The notes under the pieces were generated by a model that saw nothing but the letters and a program-made list of their open reading frames with translations, had not been told where the DNA came from and searched no databases. A program made the translations under genes and the position numbers. A DNA stretch of 63,287 nt, the filler included, from Hyphochytrium catenoides (lineage: Eukaryota; Protista; Hyphochytriomycota): assembly GCA_900088475.1 (NCBI GenBank). It is 9 parts of 9 records of this genome, joined end to end, with 100 filler letters (N's around TTAATTAATTAA, not from the genome) between each part and the next. Parts side by side here need not be neighbours in the genome. Positions count along the whole stretch, not along the records: positions 58,983 to 63,287 come from FLMG01001049.1; 8 more parts are not named here. The stretch is one strand, 5' to 3'. Positions 62,097 through 63,287 of this stretch are shown here, one piece after another (position 1 is the stretch's first letter; the number at the start of each line of letters is the position of its first letter).

Positions 62097-62520
62097 TAGA
62101 AGCGCCCGGCCACGAGTGGGTCATTGGGGAAATCGACATAACTTCATGTCTACTTGGATATTTTTGGTGCTCTAAACGCCATATCGAAGACTTGGCTGAG
62201 AGCTTTCAAACGGTACAGTACCAGCGGATTGTTAATATCCTCCTTAGTTGCAGAGAAATTAATGAGTAGATTTGTTAGATAATGTATGGGATCCTTCCAC
62301 GAGTGGGTCACTCTGCAACGAAAGTTTCACGGCTTGCCCTGCAAATGCCCACATCATTGATTTGAAAAGGCTTTTCATTTTCCATACCGGCTTTTTTTCC
62401 CCAGTCGCGTTGTGTACCTAATTATAAGTCGGAGAATTTGGAAAGGTAATGGTGTAGGAAAAATTACTTTTTTGACCCACTCGTGGTAGGAATTGACCCA
62501 CTCGTGGCTGGGCGCTTCTA
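62097..62520. mobile_element. 424-bp non-autonomous TIR element (MITE-like)
   Basis: 29-bp terminal inverted repeats TAGAAGCGCCC(G/A)GCCACGAGTGGGTCA(T/A)T. An inner inverted pair of CCACGAGTGGGTCA lies at ~62297 and ~62473. Confidence 0.82.
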
Positions 62521-63287
62521 TTATGGTGCGGACGTCATTGGAAGGAAGAAGCATTAGTTGGATGAATCAATCATGGCCCTTATTTCTTGAAGCTAGCAGT
62601 CATCATTGACCTGATGTTCCAAAGTACATAGTAGAGTACCATCATCTCTATTGAACACGCCCTACTAAACGTGGTTATTGCCAGCGTTCGTGGTCACAAC
62701 CTTCCTTTGCTTGCATCAAGACCTACTGATAAGAAGACGCTTTATAATAATTGACAGCAGGAACATGATAGTTGAGCCTTGAGGACGCTTCAACATTTCT
62801 TTACTCCGTTGAGGAGGCTTGGAGTCGTAGGACCAACAAAGGGCGGGCTGAAGGAGTGGTCCAGTTGTAGGAACTCAACAATGACCGTATGTCTTCTACT
62901 CGGGAACTTGCACCTTCATCCGCCGCAGTTGGTCTCTTTCTCAAAGAGGAGAAAGGAAAAAGCGAAGAAGGAAAGGAAGAACAGAGAGAGAGAGAGAAAG
63001 AGAGAAGAGAGAAAAAGAGAGAGAAAGAGAAAAGAGAGAGGGAGAGAGAGAGACAGAGAGACAGAGAGACAGAGAGAGACAGAGAGAGAGAGTAAGAAAG
63101 AAAGATTGTCCCAACTTTGTGGATGATGGCGCTCAGATCTAGGAGGCAGTCGTTTTATCAGTCAGAAGATTCCCAGTATAGTCATAATGCATTCCCGAAA
63201 GTAGTTTCCTCCAAGTATTGCAGTTATGGTATTACTTTCGGTTGTCTCGCAAAAAAAGACAGAGCTTGCCTGTCTACAGGTACAAGG

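Noticed and set aside
1-63287. CRISPR arrays, rRNA or tRNA genes
   Set aside because: No regularly spaced repeat-spacer array or recognisable structural RNA gene seen by eye; tRNAscan-SE or Infernal would be needed to exclude small RNAs.

Overview
Eukaryotic draft-genome window, probably a flagellated stramenopile (oomycete or a relative; inferred from the gene families, not proven). It is about nine contigs joined by artificial 100-bp N/TTAATTAATTAA/N linkers, so adjacency across linkers is not evidence. The left part is gene-sparse and repeat-rich. It holds a head-to-head inverted duplication of an intronless secreted protein gene (signal peptide, RRHLTE/KRxL sites, two crystallin-like repeats), an orphan secreted coiled-coil gene, a ~3.5-kb nearly spacer-less degenerate palindrome built from an L1/Tx1-type LINE, and Ty1/Copia remnants. 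The rest is intron-rich housekeeping genes: AMPK/SNF1 alpha (partial), a Cys-rich CPxG-repeat protein (partial), a C2+TBC RabGAP, an ArfGAP lacking its Arg finger, a RING membrane protein, two tandem SnoaL/NTF2-like paralogues, an ankyrin protein, prefoldin 6, clathrin light chain, a TBC1D32/BROMI-like ciliary protein, a Lys-rich single-pass membrane protein and the first exon of GPR89. A LINE ORF1 remnant and a 424-bp MITE lie near the right end. Most short ORFs in the supplied track are (CT/GA)n microsatellite artefacts. All calls come from manual reading and motif recognition; no searches were run.
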